In this document: positions 1 to 9,380 of the stretch, piece after piece
Position numbering within the stretch: position 1 is the first letter of the stretch
Layout: each line of letters opens with the position of its first letter
Source of the DNA: Paludibacteraceae bacterium
GTDB taxonomy: Bacteria > Bacteroidota > Bacteroidia > Bacteroidales > Paludibacteraceae
DNA length: 33,207 nt
Direction: 5' to 3'
NCBI GenBank assembly: GCA_045589995.1
Contig: JAZNQB010000010.1
Location: 1 to 33,207, forward strand
The notes under the pieces: generated by a model
What the model was told of the DNA's origin: nothing
The model's database searches: none
The model's input: only the letters and a program-made list of their open reading frames with translations
Program-made: the position numbers and the translations under genes

Positions 1-1753
1 TGTTCTCATAACAATCGTTCCCGAATGTGTTATTATCGCAGTTGTTCCCGAATGTGTTGCCTTGACAACTGTTCCCGAATGTATTGTAGTAGCAGTTGTT
101 CCCGAATGTATTCCCATACGAGCCGACGATGTTATTGTAACATTTATTGCCAAAGGCATTCTTCTCTGGATTATCTTTGACAGTCATGTTATAGTTGCCA
201 GTGCCGAACTCGTTCAGTAGCATTTCTCCAGACAAACCACATAGCTCATCAATAGTAGAAATAAGTACAATGTTATTCAAGGCTAATGCGCGATAGCACG
301 CATCATCAATCGTTACAGCAGCATAGCAATGGCGGATAAGATTATATTCACAACGTCCTTTCTTAAACTGGTGGAGATATCCCCAGTCCCCAAATTCGCT
401 TTCTGTGTAAATAGCATCTTCCCTTTTTAGAGAATAGTCCAACCAATTTCCGTCATCATCCACAGAGCTGAAGGTATATGCCCAAACAAAATCATTCTCA
501 TCTTCAATTTCAAGATTGGCCATATAATCATTATATCCATAGTATTTGCCATCAAGTTCTGATAACTCTCCATTGGCGCTGACATCTATGACTCTATATC
601 GTTTGAATTGTACATTCTTAAAGTCATAAGGACAATCATTACTCCACTCATCAATCATGCGATAAATAACACCCTTGCCAAGTTGCAATTGTTTGGATGG
701 ATCAAACAAAGTTGCAAGGTCGTATGCTTGAGATGTATAAGGAGAGCCATTGGCCATAATTGTGCCTACGATAGCATCGTTGCACCTTATTTCAATGTAG
801 CTTCCTTCATTCCACAGACCATCATCAATAACCTTCACGCCAAAGGATATTAAACTTGACATATCCATTCCTTCGTCCAATAGCTCACGAAGAGTTGCCG
901 CATAGAATACATGATTATCTCCCTCAAACAATTCGCTTGCATATAGATCATCTTCGCCATTTTCCATTGCAAACAAGTTTCCATTAGCTTCGTGATAGAG
1001 GTTGAAAGAAACATTGGTGTCTGCTGTGATATCTTTTGTCCTCCACACAAATTGAATAGTAGCATCCTGTGGATAACTTGGGATACCATCTTTATTAGCA
1101 AATGCAAAGCGCGTATTATCATTATCAAGACAATACCATAGTTTCCATGCGTTAAGATTGGCATCCGCAAAATAGTTATCCGTGTCACGTGCACTTCTTA
1201 TAGCGTGTGCCTCTTCAGATAGAGTATCTGTAGCTGTAGCAAGTACTATAATATCAAATGGGTGTCCAGCACTGCGTGCTTCTGGATCATTCGCTATAGT
1301 TGTCACATAGTCAGTAATTCGATAGCGATGGCCAGGCACGAGTTTGCCCGTGTCACGTAGTTCCTTCAATTCCTCCCATGTGACATGGTAAATACCTTTG
1401 AGGTAGTCTGTCATTCTGTTCCAAAGTTCTTTAACCTTACCCCATATCTCATTGATTGCACCAACAACAGTTTTGTCACCAGTTTGAAGCGTAGTATCTG
1501 TTTTATCCTGTTTGCCACTAATATCTTGGTGCTCGGTTAGATATTGAGTGTGTTCATGATCTACATTGGCTTTAGTATTTACCAATTGAACACTTGCTTT
1601 GTCATTGAGGATTTGCATCAGGTTTTGAATTGCGCTCAATGGTAAAGTGTCATCTTTGTGCCAAAACGAATCAAAGGTATTTGCAAACTGCGATTCGGTT
1701 GGATACATGCCTTTTTTGAACCAGGACTTGATTTGTGATAGTGATACTTTCAT
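1..1753 (-). CDS. second tail fibre / receptor-binding protein, 3'-truncated by the window edge (>=584 codons)
   Basis: Absent from the ORF track because it has no stop in the window. ATG at 1753..1751 lies 1 nt after the TAA of the upstream fibre gene. I read the frame (plus-strand codon starts = 2 mod 3) open down to position 2. Hand translation starts MKVSLSQIKSWFKKGMYPTESQF and ends ...NAFGNKCYNNIVGSYGNTFGNNCYYNTFGNSCQGNTFGNNCDNNTFGNDCYEN. The 9-aa repeat and its position suggest a beta-helical fibre. Confidence 0.7.
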   Translation of the reverse strand, partial: MKVSLSQIKSWFKKGMYPTESQFANTFDSFWHKDDTLPLSAIQNLMQILNDKASVQLVNTKANVDHEHTQYLTEHQDISGKQDKTDTTLQTGDKTVVGAINEIWGKVKELWNRMTDYLKGIYHVTWEELKELRDTGKLVPGHRYRITDYVTTIANDPEARSAGHPFDIIVLATATDTLSEEAHAIRSARDTDNYFADANLNAWKLWYCLDNDNTRFAFANKDGIPSYPQDATIQFVWRTKDITADTNVSFNLYHEANGNLFAMENGEDDLYASELFEGDNHVFYAATLRELLDEGMDMSSLISFGVKVIDDGLWNEGSYIEIRCNDAIVGTIMANGSPYTSQAYDLATLFDPSKQLQLGKGVIYRMIDEWSNDCPYDFKNVQFKRYRVIDVSANGELSELDGKYYGYNDYMANLEIEDENDFVWAYTFSSVDDDGNWLDYSLKREDAIYTESEFGDWGYLHQFKKGRCEYNLIRHCYAAVTIDDACYRALALNNIVLISTIDELCGLSGEMLLNEFGTGNYNMTVKDNPEKNAFGNKCYNNIVGSYGNTFGNNCYYNTFGNSCQGNTFGNNCDNNTFGNDCYEN

Positions 1754-1754
1754 A

Positions 1755-2780
1755 TTACTTGACTTTTATGATATAGTTCAACACAATAAATGGTGGGCGG
1801 TTTTCGTGTGCAACAGTTGCACCATTGTTACCTCCACCGCGAGCATACAATTTTACTTTGTGACTATGTGCACCTGTACTGCCAACATTCCAAGGCACAT
1901 CATGTGTCCCATCGTCACCACTTTGTGTTATATATGGATATCCATAGTCACGATTCCCTTTATCCTGGTAACTCTTATATGCACCTTTGTGGGCGTGTTC
2001 GCCACCAGAAATTGATATTTCACCGTCTGATGTAGAGCTCGAAGAATTGTGGTTGTGCTTTGGCATCTCGGAAATACCAAGTTCCACTTTATTTGCACCT
2101 CCTGTAGCACCCAAAGTGTTATAATCATTTGCACCCTTTCCTGCTACAAATGAGCCTTGTATATTTGGGAGTTTGAATGAAGTTCCGCTGCCACCATAAG
2201 TGGTTCCTAAAACCTTGTACAACTCAGGATAATCACTTATATTGAGTGAGGAACCATCGCAAAGATGATACCCTGTAGGAAGCGTGTCCGACGGCCACAT
2301 TTGTATAGAACCAATTGGAGCTGGTGTGAGCCCTGCAATTTGTGTCTTGAGAGAGTTCACCTCTTCCATCAGAGCACGGTTCGTTTTGTCTGAGAGTTCT
2401 ACAAAATCACTCCAATTGAAATGCTCAGTCCCCAAGCCTGGTACCAAAGAACGTTCTGTGTATGCTGCTGGATAAGGTTCGGCATTAGCAGTGACTGAGA
2501 TGTTTTGTATGTTCAAGTGCATTCCATTGGCTATTGAACCACCTTCAAAATACAACACTTCGCCTTCTGGGAAATCAGTTGTTTTGACGAAAACATATCC
2601 ATCAGTACGTGAAGTCTTAGCTGAATTAAGTGTACAACCATACAAAATGACTTTATCACCTGCAATGTTGCCAAGAATCTCAACCATTTGTCGATTGTCC
2701 TGAATATACTTCAGGGTTTCGCAGTCAAGCGGAAAATTGTTCTGCGACTGCGTTGTGTAGTTTCCGTTGGTTTTTTTCAT
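1755..2780 (-). CDS. tail fibre protein with C-terminal phage tail-collar type domain
   Basis: 341-aa ORF. The C-terminal half has the collar-domain look (PIGSIQMWPSDTLPTGYHLCDGSSL, YPELYKVLGTTYGG, FKLPNIQGSF, HENRPPFIVLNYIIKV). It also has three HxH motifs (HNH, HAH, HSH) like metal-binding fibre tips. It follows the baseplate genes. Confidence 0.8.
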   Translation of the reverse strand: MKKTNGNYTTQSQNNFPLDCETLKYIQDNRQMVEILGNIAGDKVILYGCTLNSAKTSRTDGYVFVKTTDFPEGEVLYFEGGSIANGMHLNIQNISVTANAEPYPAAYTERSLVPGLGTEHFNWSDFVELSDKTNRALMEEVNSLKTQIAGLTPAPIGSIQMWPSDTLPTGYHLCDGSSLNISDYPELYKVLGTTYGGSGTSFKLPNIQGSFVAGKGANDYNTLGATGGANKVELGISEMPKHNHNSSSSTSDGEISISGGEHAHKGAYKSYQDKGNRDYGYPYITQSGDDGTHDVPWNVGSTGAHSHKVKLYARGGGNNGATVAHENRPPFIVLNYIIKVK

Positions 2781-2781
2781 A

Positions 2782-3270
2782 TTATGCGTATGTTATAGTG
2801 TAACGTTTTGAAGCAAGTTTGTATTGATCCAGGACAGCACGCATGCGTGTCTCATCAATAACACCACGCAAAGCGAGTGGACAGATTACCACAAAATCAT
2901 AGCCGTCTGCACCGCCAAAACCTCGTTTGCTAACAATGATCGCATTTCCTGAAGAACGCTCCGAAATCATTATTGGTTTGTTTTGGTTTCGTTTCCATAT
3001 TATCAGCTCACGCTGTGGAGCAAGATCTTCTATTTGTATTCTGCGTAGTGTTGAATCAAACAAGTCATTGAGAACAGCACGCAAATAGCATACTTGCCCA
3101 TTGTGATGCAGGCGATAGTTCGTGTCTGTACGGTAGGCATCAAACATCTTTGCAAGTCGGCTAATGGGTGATACTACAAGATACTGAAACGCCATGTACA
3201 ACTGATTTCTCAATTTGATTGGCGTTATATTCAGTGCCAACTTCTTATAGTCTATATCATATCGTGTCAT
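2782..3270 (-). CDS. baseplate/fibre-attachment protein candidate (slot of P2 gpI / Mu gp48)
   Basis: 162-aa ORF. Its start overlaps the upstream stop as ATGA (3267-3270). It lies between the J-like wedge gene and the fibre gene. The function call is by synteny only; no motif recognised. Confidence 0.35.
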   Translation of the reverse strand: MTRYDIDYKKLALNITPIKLRNQLYMAFQYLVVSPISRLAKMFDAYRTDTNYRLHHNGQVCYLRAVLNDLFDSTLRRIQIEDLAPQRELIIWKRNQNKPIMISERSSGNAIIVSKRGFGGADGYDFVVICPLALRGVIDETRMRAVLDQYKLASKRYTITYA

Positions 3271-4079
3271 AGTGTATGTGGCTTCATGTTCAACAATAGT
3301 TGTTTTACCTCCATATATCCAGCTACAGGCACCACATGTGCATCAATAGCCGAGTATGTACCATTCGCAGAACTCGCAGACTCGCTATTTTTTAGTTCTG
3401 CAATGCGAACTCCATCAATGGCTTGTAGAGTGTCAACCAATGCCATATTTGAAAACTCTCCATTGAATGGCAGATTTTCAATATAGTCCTTGATAGCTTG
3501 TTCACAGTCATATAGCACTGTATTTGGATCTTTCATAGGATTGTAGTATATATCCACCTCACACTTGAAAAAGTCCGGTGCCATATTGACTAATGTGAAC
3601 AATACACCAGCATCTTTGATTTCCTGAAGATATGCCTGCAACTGCACTTCCTCAGCACTGGCAATAGGAGCACGCTTACCGTTAGTCTCACCAGCTACCT
3701 TGATAGTCAAACGGCTCGTGTCGGCAGCTTCAGAGACAGCAGCATATTTGACCACTCGTGCGGCATTGATACTTTCCTCATCCATTCCTGTAGTATCGTA
3801 TTTGTCAGTGTCCTGGATTAGCACTTTGTCTTTCATGAACAGCAACACTTTGTCACGATACCACTTAGCTCTATGTGGTAGCATTGCGTCAATTTCGGCA
3901 TCTACCTCTATTTTGTATTGGTCCCAAAGAACTTCTAATACATGAACACAATATGCCACCACATACAATAGTAGTCGCCATATTGCTGTTGCACTGGTAG
4001 AACTGAGCACATCCAGTGCTTTCATTTGTTGCTTCTCCTGAAGTAAGGAGTCAAAAATTGTTTGTGTAGAACGTGCCAT
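3267..4079 (-). CDS. baseplate wedge protein candidate (P2 gpJ / Mu gp47 slot)
   Basis: 270-aa ORF tightly packed in the baseplate block. Size and position fit a J-like wedge subunit. No search was run. Confidence 0.45.
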   Translation of the reverse strand: MARSTQTIFDSLLQEKQQMKALDVLSSTSATAIWRLLLYVVAYCVHVLEVLWDQYKIEVDAEIDAMLPHRAKWYRDKVLLFMKDKVLIQDTDKYDTTGMDEESINAARVVKYAAVSEAADTSRLTIKVAGETNGKRAPIASAEEVQLQAYLQEIKDAGVLFTLVNMAPDFFKCEVDIYYNPMKDPNTVLYDCEQAIKDYIENLPFNGEFSNMALVDTLQAIDGVRIAELKNSESASSANGTYSAIDAHVVPVAGYMEVKQLLLNMKPHTL

Positions 4080-4080
4080 A

Positions 4081-4371
4081 TTATGATACTATAAAATCAA
4101 TTTCTATTCCCATATATTCTATGCCACCAAAAGGATTGAGTGCTTCCTGTTGACTGGTGGCAGCCGTTGCAGGAATAATCTTTTTCTCACGATATACCTC
4201 CAGCACATCCATATTGGTATTCAAATCTGAAGGTATCTCCAGTGTTGTGCCAGAAATTAGTGATTCTGTTAGGCATAGGCCATTAAAAAGTGCAATTTGC
4301 AGTGCGTTATCCGCATTGCCTGTAGCCTGAAGTGCTATATCCAGGAGTGATTGTCCAACCTTTACTTCCAT
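4081..4371 (-). CDS. small LysM-like tail/baseplate protein (P2 gpX-like)
   Basis: 96 aa. The N-terminus VGQSLLDIALQATGNADNALQIALFNGL...LISGTTLEIP fits the LysM pattern (G-x-[ST]-L-x-x-IA ... N-x-L ... G-x-x-L-x-IP). Confidence 0.45.
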   Translation of the reverse strand: MEVKVGQSLLDIALQATGNADNALQIALFNGLCLTESLISGTTLEIPSDLNTNMDVLEVYREKKIIPATAATSQQEALNPFGGIEYMGIEIDFIVS

Positions 4372-4646
4372 TCTGCTTCTACATTAAGTGTGGTACCATT
4401 GATTTGCACTCTATTAACCTTCATACCATCTTGGGAGAATTGTTCTCTAATTTCACGGCTCAATTCGGACATATTGAATGTTTCTAAAAAGTGCGGTACA
4501 CCAACGCCCATCGTTGGGTGTTGCTTCCATTCTCCTTTATTGGTTTGCAATAGAAGTGTCTGAGCTTGCTTGAGGTTTGGAGAAACAGCAAAATCTCCAT
4601 TTTCCACTATAGGCTCAAATGTGTCATTCAAATGTATATCTTTCAT
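4362..4646 (-). CDS. small baseplate wedge subunit candidate (gp25 / gpW slot)
   Basis: 94-aa ORF directly after the spike-like gene, which is the position of gpW/gp46 in P2/Mu. Synteny only. Confidence 0.35.
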   Translation of the reverse strand: MKDIHLNDTFEPIVENGDFAVSPNLKQAQTLLLQTNKGEWKQHPTMGVGVPHFLETFNMSELSREIREQFSQDGMKVNRVQINGTTLNVEAEWK

Positions 4647-4664
4647 CGTTTGAATAGCGTTTGA

Positions 4665-5201
4665 TTAGTGTTTGAGAGTATCATCCACAAAGTCATTCAA
4701 ATTGGGTTGTGGGGTCTGTGAATTAAAAACCACAGAACCTGTACCTGGCCCAGCAGGTGTGGTCAGAGGAAACGAAGCAAGTAGCCCCATGAGTGTTTGC
4801 AGATCGGAATACACCTTTGTCATCCACTCCACCATTTTATCAGCTTTAACACTACCAATAGTTCCGCCATTGAAGACAAATCCGTCTTTGTCCATTGCAA
4901 TAGTTTTATCTCCAACAAGCAACTCTATCGACTCTACTTCAGAAGCATGAAGGAGCATAAAACAGTCTGTATCTTCAATCTGCACACACAATGCTTGCGA
5001 TCCTATTTTTGGTATTACTAACACACCTGCATCGCCTTTAGTGATAGACTGAAGGCGGACCCCAAAAATCATCACACCGTCATTGTCAATGTCGCACGTA
5101 CGGTCAGACTGGTTCACACCCTTCACCTCTGCCAATACGGTGACGGAGGGGCGTTTGAGTGCCGCCCCCAGTTTCTCACGTATTTCTTGCTCAGTTGCCA
5201 T
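4665..5201 (-). CDS. baseplate central spike candidate (gpV / Mu gp45-like)
   Basis: Track ORF is 4665..5243. I prefer ATG 5201 (MATEQEIREKLG), which overlaps the upstream stop by 11 nt. Beta-rich middle (VMIFGVRLQSITKGDAGVLVIPKIGSQALCVQIEDTD), and it sits after the hub-like gene. Confidence 0.5.
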   Translation of the reverse strand: MATEQEIREKLGAALKRPSVTVLAEVKGVNQSDRTCDIDNDGVMIFGVRLQSITKGDAGVLVIPKIGSQALCVQIEDTDCFMLLHASEVESIELLVGDKTIAMDKDGFVFNGGTIGSVKADKMVEWMTKVYSDLQTLMGLLASFPLTTPAGPGTGSVVFNSQTPQPNLNDFVDDTLKH

Positions 5202-6219
5202 AGTAACGAATTTTGACTGTTCTGCGCCCTCCTTGAGCTCCAAATGAGCCTTCTATTTCTTCTGCAAAATACGAACCTGTACGCTCAGGGAAACGAATGT
5301 CATCCAATTCTATCTTGTCGCATTTGAATACATGCGGCTCTAAAAAACATTCTATATTGCCAGAATAACCAGAATAGTCTGATTCTCCCTGCAATTCTGT
5401 AGCTATTTTTTTGATATAGGTAGCAGGTAATCCCTCGCGGGCTTTGACCTCTTTGACGTTGCTGTATTTCTTAGACTCACTTTTGGTCTTTTTAATCGTA
5501 CCAGCTGCGTCCTTTTCTACTATATTGATTTGTACGCTTTCAGATTGTTGTAGCGTCAAAGCATTTGCATTGATTACATTCCACCCTATACGCAAACGAA
5601 CTGGGGCAGTTGAACGACCAGGATCTGCATATATAAATTTTGAAACACCAGCATATAAGTATTTCCCATCAAAGAACACTTTACAGCATAATTCCTTTTG
5701 CACCCACTCAAGGACTTTGAAGGCCGTTGCATTCTTAAACCAAACATTGGTCAGTGGGACATCATCAATGCGTGGTGACAATAGAATATCAGTGTCTTGA
5801 ATCAAGTCTGTCAAAACTTGCTTCAGCGTCGTTTTTTGATAGGATTTGCTGAAGTATTTTTCACGCAGTTGATTTGCATAGCCCTCACACTCCAGGACTA
5901 AATTCTCTGTGTAGTTGACTCTATTTACAAACCCCTCAAAAACGAGAGTATTTCTATTGTCATAGCCCAACAACACACGAACAAAATCACCTTTCGCAAA
6001 AGGAACACTATTCACACGTTTCACTTTCGTTCCACCGACTGAAGACATAACCCCATCTTGCTGCACTGTTTTGGAACCCTCTTTTCGCATATAAGGAGAC
6101 AAGGGGAGAACAATGTTGCATGTGTCAATAAAGTTTCCTGTGCTTGTTCGCCAGGACACCTTATTGGCTTTGATGTTGGAATATGTTCCAACTTGTATGT
6201 CGGAAGTCATGTGTAACAT
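5191..6219 (-). CDS. baseplate hub protein candidate (P2 gpD / Mu gp44 late-control-D-like)
   Basis: 342-aa ORF two genes after the tape measure. Size and position match gpD/gp44/XkdQ-type hub proteins. Confidence 0.5.
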   Translation of the reverse strand: MLHMTSDIQVGTYSNIKANKVSWRTSTGNFIDTCNIVLPLSPYMRKEGSKTVQQDGVMSSVGGTKVKRVNSVPFAKGDFVRVLLGYDNRNTLVFEGFVNRVNYTENLVLECEGYANQLREKYFSKSYQKTTLKQVLTDLIQDTDILLSPRIDDVPLTNVWFKNATAFKVLEWVQKELCCKVFFDGKYLYAGVSKFIYADPGRSTAPVRLRIGWNVINANALTLQQSESVQINIVEKDAAGTIKKTKSESKKYSNVKEVKAREGLPATYIKKIATELQGESDYSGYSGNIECFLEPHVFKCDKIELDDIRFPERTGSYFAEEIEGSFGAQGGRRTVKIRYYGN

Positions 6220-6220
6220 T

Positions 6221-6772
6221 TTACGGAATGATTAGTGAATTGATATAGTCGCTTTCACATGTGAGTTGGAATGGGTGCGTCCGGAGTGACTTTCCTTGTA
6301 CTTCAGGAATTTCTAAATCTGTTATACACACATATCTGGTCGTGTCAAGAAACATATCGCTCAAAGAGTTTTTGAGCAATACATGGTTGGTACTCTCAAA
6401 TAGTTGACGCAAATTGTATATGTCATCATCTGGAAATGCTTTCCCTCGTGGGGCAATCAGAACACCTTTGATTGTAAACACATAGTCACCAACTTGGAAC
6501 ATTTCTTTGACTGTTCCTACTCGTTCACTAACAGCTGTGCGGACGATCGTTTTTGAACCTTGTACACGAATTGTCGCGCAGGGGCAAAACACAGAGATTT
6601 CTCCAGCGCTCAAGGTAATTGGCAAGAAAACATCGCGTCCTTGCAATGTCTCTTTCAAAGCAGAATCAAACCGCGTGGAGTTCCATACTGGCTCCACCTT
6701 TTGAGGGACTGAATATGGTCCCTGAAAATAGGTGTTGTATATTTCTTCAAGATTAGTGACTACTTGCAACAT
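6221..6772 (-). CDS. tail/baseplate protein of unknown function
   Basis: Track ORF is 6221..6805. ATG at 6772 (MLQVVTNLEE) lies 1 nt after the tape-measure TAA (6774-6776), so the shorter form is likelier. No motif recognised. Confidence 0.35.
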   Translation of the reverse strand: MLQVVTNLEEIYNTYFQGPYSVPQKVEPVWNSTRFDSALKETLQGRDVFLPITLSAGEISVFCPCATIRVQGSKTIVRTAVSERVGTVKEMFQVGDYVFTIKGVLIAPRGKAFPDDDIYNLRQLFESTNHVLLKNSLSDMFLDTTRYVCITDLEIPEVQGKSLRTHPFQLTCESDYINSLIIP

Positions 6773-6773
6773 A

Positions 6774-8399
6774 TTATGCTGTGGTTGCACCTTGTACAAG
6801 CACACGACTCAAGCATTCAAGAACTGCCTCTTCAATTTGAGCCGTTGACTCATTCAGGTTGGTTGTACTAAATTGGATACTATCAAAAAACTTTTGAACA
6901 TTGATTGTGATCTGCTTAGGACCACTCGAAGTAACAGCTTCTGAAGTTGCCGTTCCAGCCGCATTGTTTGTCGCAGTATTAGTGGCAATCTCTTCTAAGA
7001 TATTGTGAGTTGTCTGATCCTCTGGATCCGTAGTTTCACCCTCTGCTACTTGAGTAGGGAGAGTGTTCATTGAAGCACGAAGGCTTGCAATCTTTTGTGC
7101 ACCTTTCCCAGCTAAGTGACCAAGACCTGGAATGTTTGAAAGAAGTTCAAGCAATTGTTGAATAGGAGCAAGAACAGCATCAAGCATCACTTGACCAATT
7201 CGTTTGAGTCCGCCAAGAATACCATCAGCTTTGAATGCTTTGACAACACTATCCCAATTCCTCCGGAATGACTGAACCATACTAATCAGTAGCCCCAGCG
7301 GTCCAAGAATTAGAGAAAATGCAGCTCCCCACTCGTCCCACTTGCGAATAACCTGTACTACAATACCAATCAGCGCAGCACATGCAGCTATGATTAGACC
7401 AATAGGGTTTGCAGTCATGATCGCATTTAGTACGGCCTGGGCAGCAGACCATGCAGCAGTCGCTATTTGAGCAGCTCGTGCAGCTATGGTTGCGCCATTG
7501 ATAGCAACAGTAAGAATACCTATCGCGGAAGCAAAACCTACCACAATAGGCATATTTTGCTGCATCCATCCTGCTATAGATTGAAGACCAGATGCAAAAC
7601 CACCGATGATACTCACAGCACCTCGTATTGCTGGCATAAATGCTTGAGTAAATGTCACTATTGCAGCACCAATGTTTTCACGAACTTCACCCAGTTCGGC
7701 ACTCAGTTGTTTCATCTTACCCTCTGGGGTTTCACCCAGTGCCATATTCATGCCTCCAACACTTTCCGAAATCACTTCAGCAAGGGTGGCTGCACGCTCT
7801 TCTTCAGTTCCAAACTTCAGGATCTTTTCTTGCGCTTCATCGAATTTGTAACCATATCGACTTAATGCTCCAACTTGTCCCTCCATGACTTTACCCATCA
7901 TTGTGGCAATACTCACAGCTGATTCCTGTGTTGCGTTGTAGCCATATTGTTGCGCTATCATGTCGTTCATCACAGGCATGAGTTTCTTGAGAGAACTTGA
8001 TTTCTCAAGGTAGGTTCCAAGTTCCTGCGCACCTGCAATCTGCACATCACCTTCTACTACACCCAATTTCTCAGTTGCAGCAGCAAGGTCAATGATACTC
8101 TGAATCTCTTGTTCTGAGGCAGACATTGTGTTGCGCATCACTTGTCCCAATTTTGCTTCTGCCTCACGTGCCATTTGATTTTCGTCTGTAAACTCTTTCA
8201 GTTTACCAACAACAGTTTGCATGGTACCAATGATATTATTGATACCAAAGGCTCCCATGCTCATCTTCTCAAATAGTGACACTTTATTGGCAGCATTGGT
8301 CGCTTCGTCTGATACTTTATCAAACGCACCGGCCATATTGCGAAGTGGACCACTTAGCATGTCCTTCATTCGCATTGCAAAATCTACTACATTACTCAT
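6774..8399 (-). CDS. tail tape measure protein
   Basis: 541 aa. Alpha-helical Ala/Gly/Ile/Met-rich sequence with a hydrophobic glycine-zipper-like core (IVGFASAIGILTVAINGATIAARAAQIATAAWSAAQAV). It sits immediately after the chaperone pair. The several listed antisense ORFs inside it are shadow ORFs. Confidence 0.8.
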   Translation of the reverse strand: MSNVVDFAMRMKDMLSGPLRNMAGAFDKVSDEATNAANKVSLFEKMSMGAFGINNIIGTMQTVVGKLKEFTDENQMAREAEAKLGQVMRNTMSASEQEIQSIIDLAAATEKLGVVEGDVQIAGAQELGTYLEKSSSLKKLMPVMNDMIAQQYGYNATQESAVSIATMMGKVMEGQVGALSRYGYKFDEAQEKILKFGTEEERAATLAEVISESVGGMNMALGETPEGKMKQLSAELGEVRENIGAAIVTFTQAFMPAIRGAVSIIGGFASGLQSIAGWMQQNMPIVVGFASAIGILTVAINGATIAARAAQIATAAWSAAQAVLNAIMTANPIGLIIAACAALIGIVVQVIRKWDEWGAAFSLILGPLGLLISMVQSFRRNWDSVVKAFKADGILGGLKRIGQVMLDAVLAPIQQLLELLSNIPGLGHLAGKGAQKIASLRASMNTLPTQVAEGETTDPEDQTTHNILEEIATNTATNNAAGTATSEAVTSSGPKQITINVQKFFDSIQFSTTNLNESTAQIEEAVLECLSRVLVQGATTA

Positions 8400-8584
8400 A
8401 TCTTCAAAGGTTTCAATTCTACGCCTTTATGCTTCATCGCTATTCCTGTACGATATCCAAGCGTTTCAAAGTCCCAATTCAAGGCTTCTGCCCCAAAATA
8501 TAGGATTCCCAAGGTAATACCAACCTCAATACTATTGGTGTCCTTGTAGCCCTGGTCTAAATTTTGCCAAAACCGCTTTTTTTT
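8396..8584 (-). CDS. -1 frameshift extension of the tail assembly chaperone (lambda GT / P2 E+E' analogue)
   Basis: A run of 8 A on the coding strand (plus-strand T8 at 8577-8584) gives A_AAA_AAA in the zero frame (CTA AAA AAA AGC). The -1 frame is open from there for ~57 codons (KRFWQNLDQGYKDTNSIEVGITLGILYFGAEALNWDFETLGYRTGIAMKHKGVELKPLKI). It ends in a TGA that overlaps the tape-measure ATG (ATGA, 8396-8399). Confidence 0.6.
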   Translation of the reverse strand, partial: KKKRFWQNLDQGYKDTNSIEVGITLGILYFGAEALNWDFETLGYRTGIAMKHKGVELKPLKI

Positions 8585-8913
8585 AGCTCTACAATGTTCA
8601 TGACTTGCATGACTGCACTCAAGTATTCTTCTGTAGTTTCGTCACGCAATTCTTCGTCTCCATCAATCCACAAATCATTGATCAGTGTTTTACTGCCAAT
8701 TTCCATTTTGTTCTCTGCCATACTACGGCAATAGCTGGTGAGTGCTGATGGGGTCAAAGGTTGTAAGAGTGCGACCTTGATTTTGCCGTCACTTCCTTCT
8801 GCCCAAATGATATTCAAAGGGCGATTGTTGAACGCAGTTTTGAGTTCAGCAAGGCGAGCCTTGCCGAATCTCTCTTCTGCCATCTCAAGTATCAACTTAT
8901 CTTTTCTTTCCAT
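8557..8913 (-). CDS. tail assembly chaperone (G-like)
   Basis: 118-aa acidic ORF between tube and tape measure. It carries the slippery A8 run 21 nt before its stop. Confidence 0.7.
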   Translation of the reverse strand: MERKDKLILEMAEERFGKARLAELKTAFNNRPLNIIWAEGSDGKIKVALLQPLTPSALTSYCRSMAENKMEIGSKTLINDLWIDGDEELRDETTEEYLSAVMQVMNIVELKKSGFGKI

Positions 8914-8915
8914 GA

Positions 8916-9359
8916 TTAAACAGTCAATTTTGTGATGTCAAGACAAATGAATGGAAGTGAGCACTCTCGCTTCTTATCTCCTTGCCCCATAGCATCTGAA
9001 GTTTCTGTGAATGATACACCACGCGCAGTCATTGTAGTGATAGGATCAGCCAATGTTTTACGCATAGCTACCGTCAAAATGATAGCCTCATGAGGAACAT
9101 GCAAAAGACTGTCGTATCCCGCAAGTTTTGCAGCTTGCTCCATCTTGTCTAACTCATAGCCAAAGACAGTGATACTTCCAGAACACTTTTCAGGGCCCTC
9201 TTGAATATCGATTGCAGTTTGTCCAGCACCATATAGTGCTTCTTTTTCAACCTCTTTTTTGAGTTCCCAGGCTGTAATACCTACGATATTACGACCAAGG
9301 ATCTTCACCGTTGAATGATGCCAAGCGTACTCGCTCGAACGAATGTGCATGTTTGCCAT
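8916..9359 (-). CDS. tail tube protein
   Basis: 147-aa ORF directly after the sheath-like gene and before the chaperone, which is the canonical myovirus order sheath-tube-chaperone-TMP. Confidence 0.6.
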   Translation of the reverse strand: MANMHIRSSEYAWHHSTVKILGRNIVGITAWELKKEVEKEALYGAGQTAIDIQEGPEKCSGSITVFGYELDKMEQAAKLAGYDSLLHVPHEAIILTVAMRKTLADPITTMTARGVSFTETSDAMGQGDKKRECSLPFICLDITKLTV

Positions 9360-9380
9360 ATCAAATAGAATTTAGAGTGA

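Noticed and set aside
1-2780. Diversity-generating retroelement acting on the fibre genes
   Set aside because: There is no reverse transcriptase ORF anywhere in the window. I saw no template/variable repeat pair. The repeats at 17-109 are in-frame structural nonapeptide repeats.
7282-7888. ORFs 7282..7569 (-), 7467..7865 (+) and 7652..7888 (+), and similar listed ORFs inside other large genes
   Set aside because: They are Cys/His/Ser-rich or otherwise odd translations, nested entirely within well-supported longer ORFs (tape measure, transposase, amylase and others). They are shadow ORFs.
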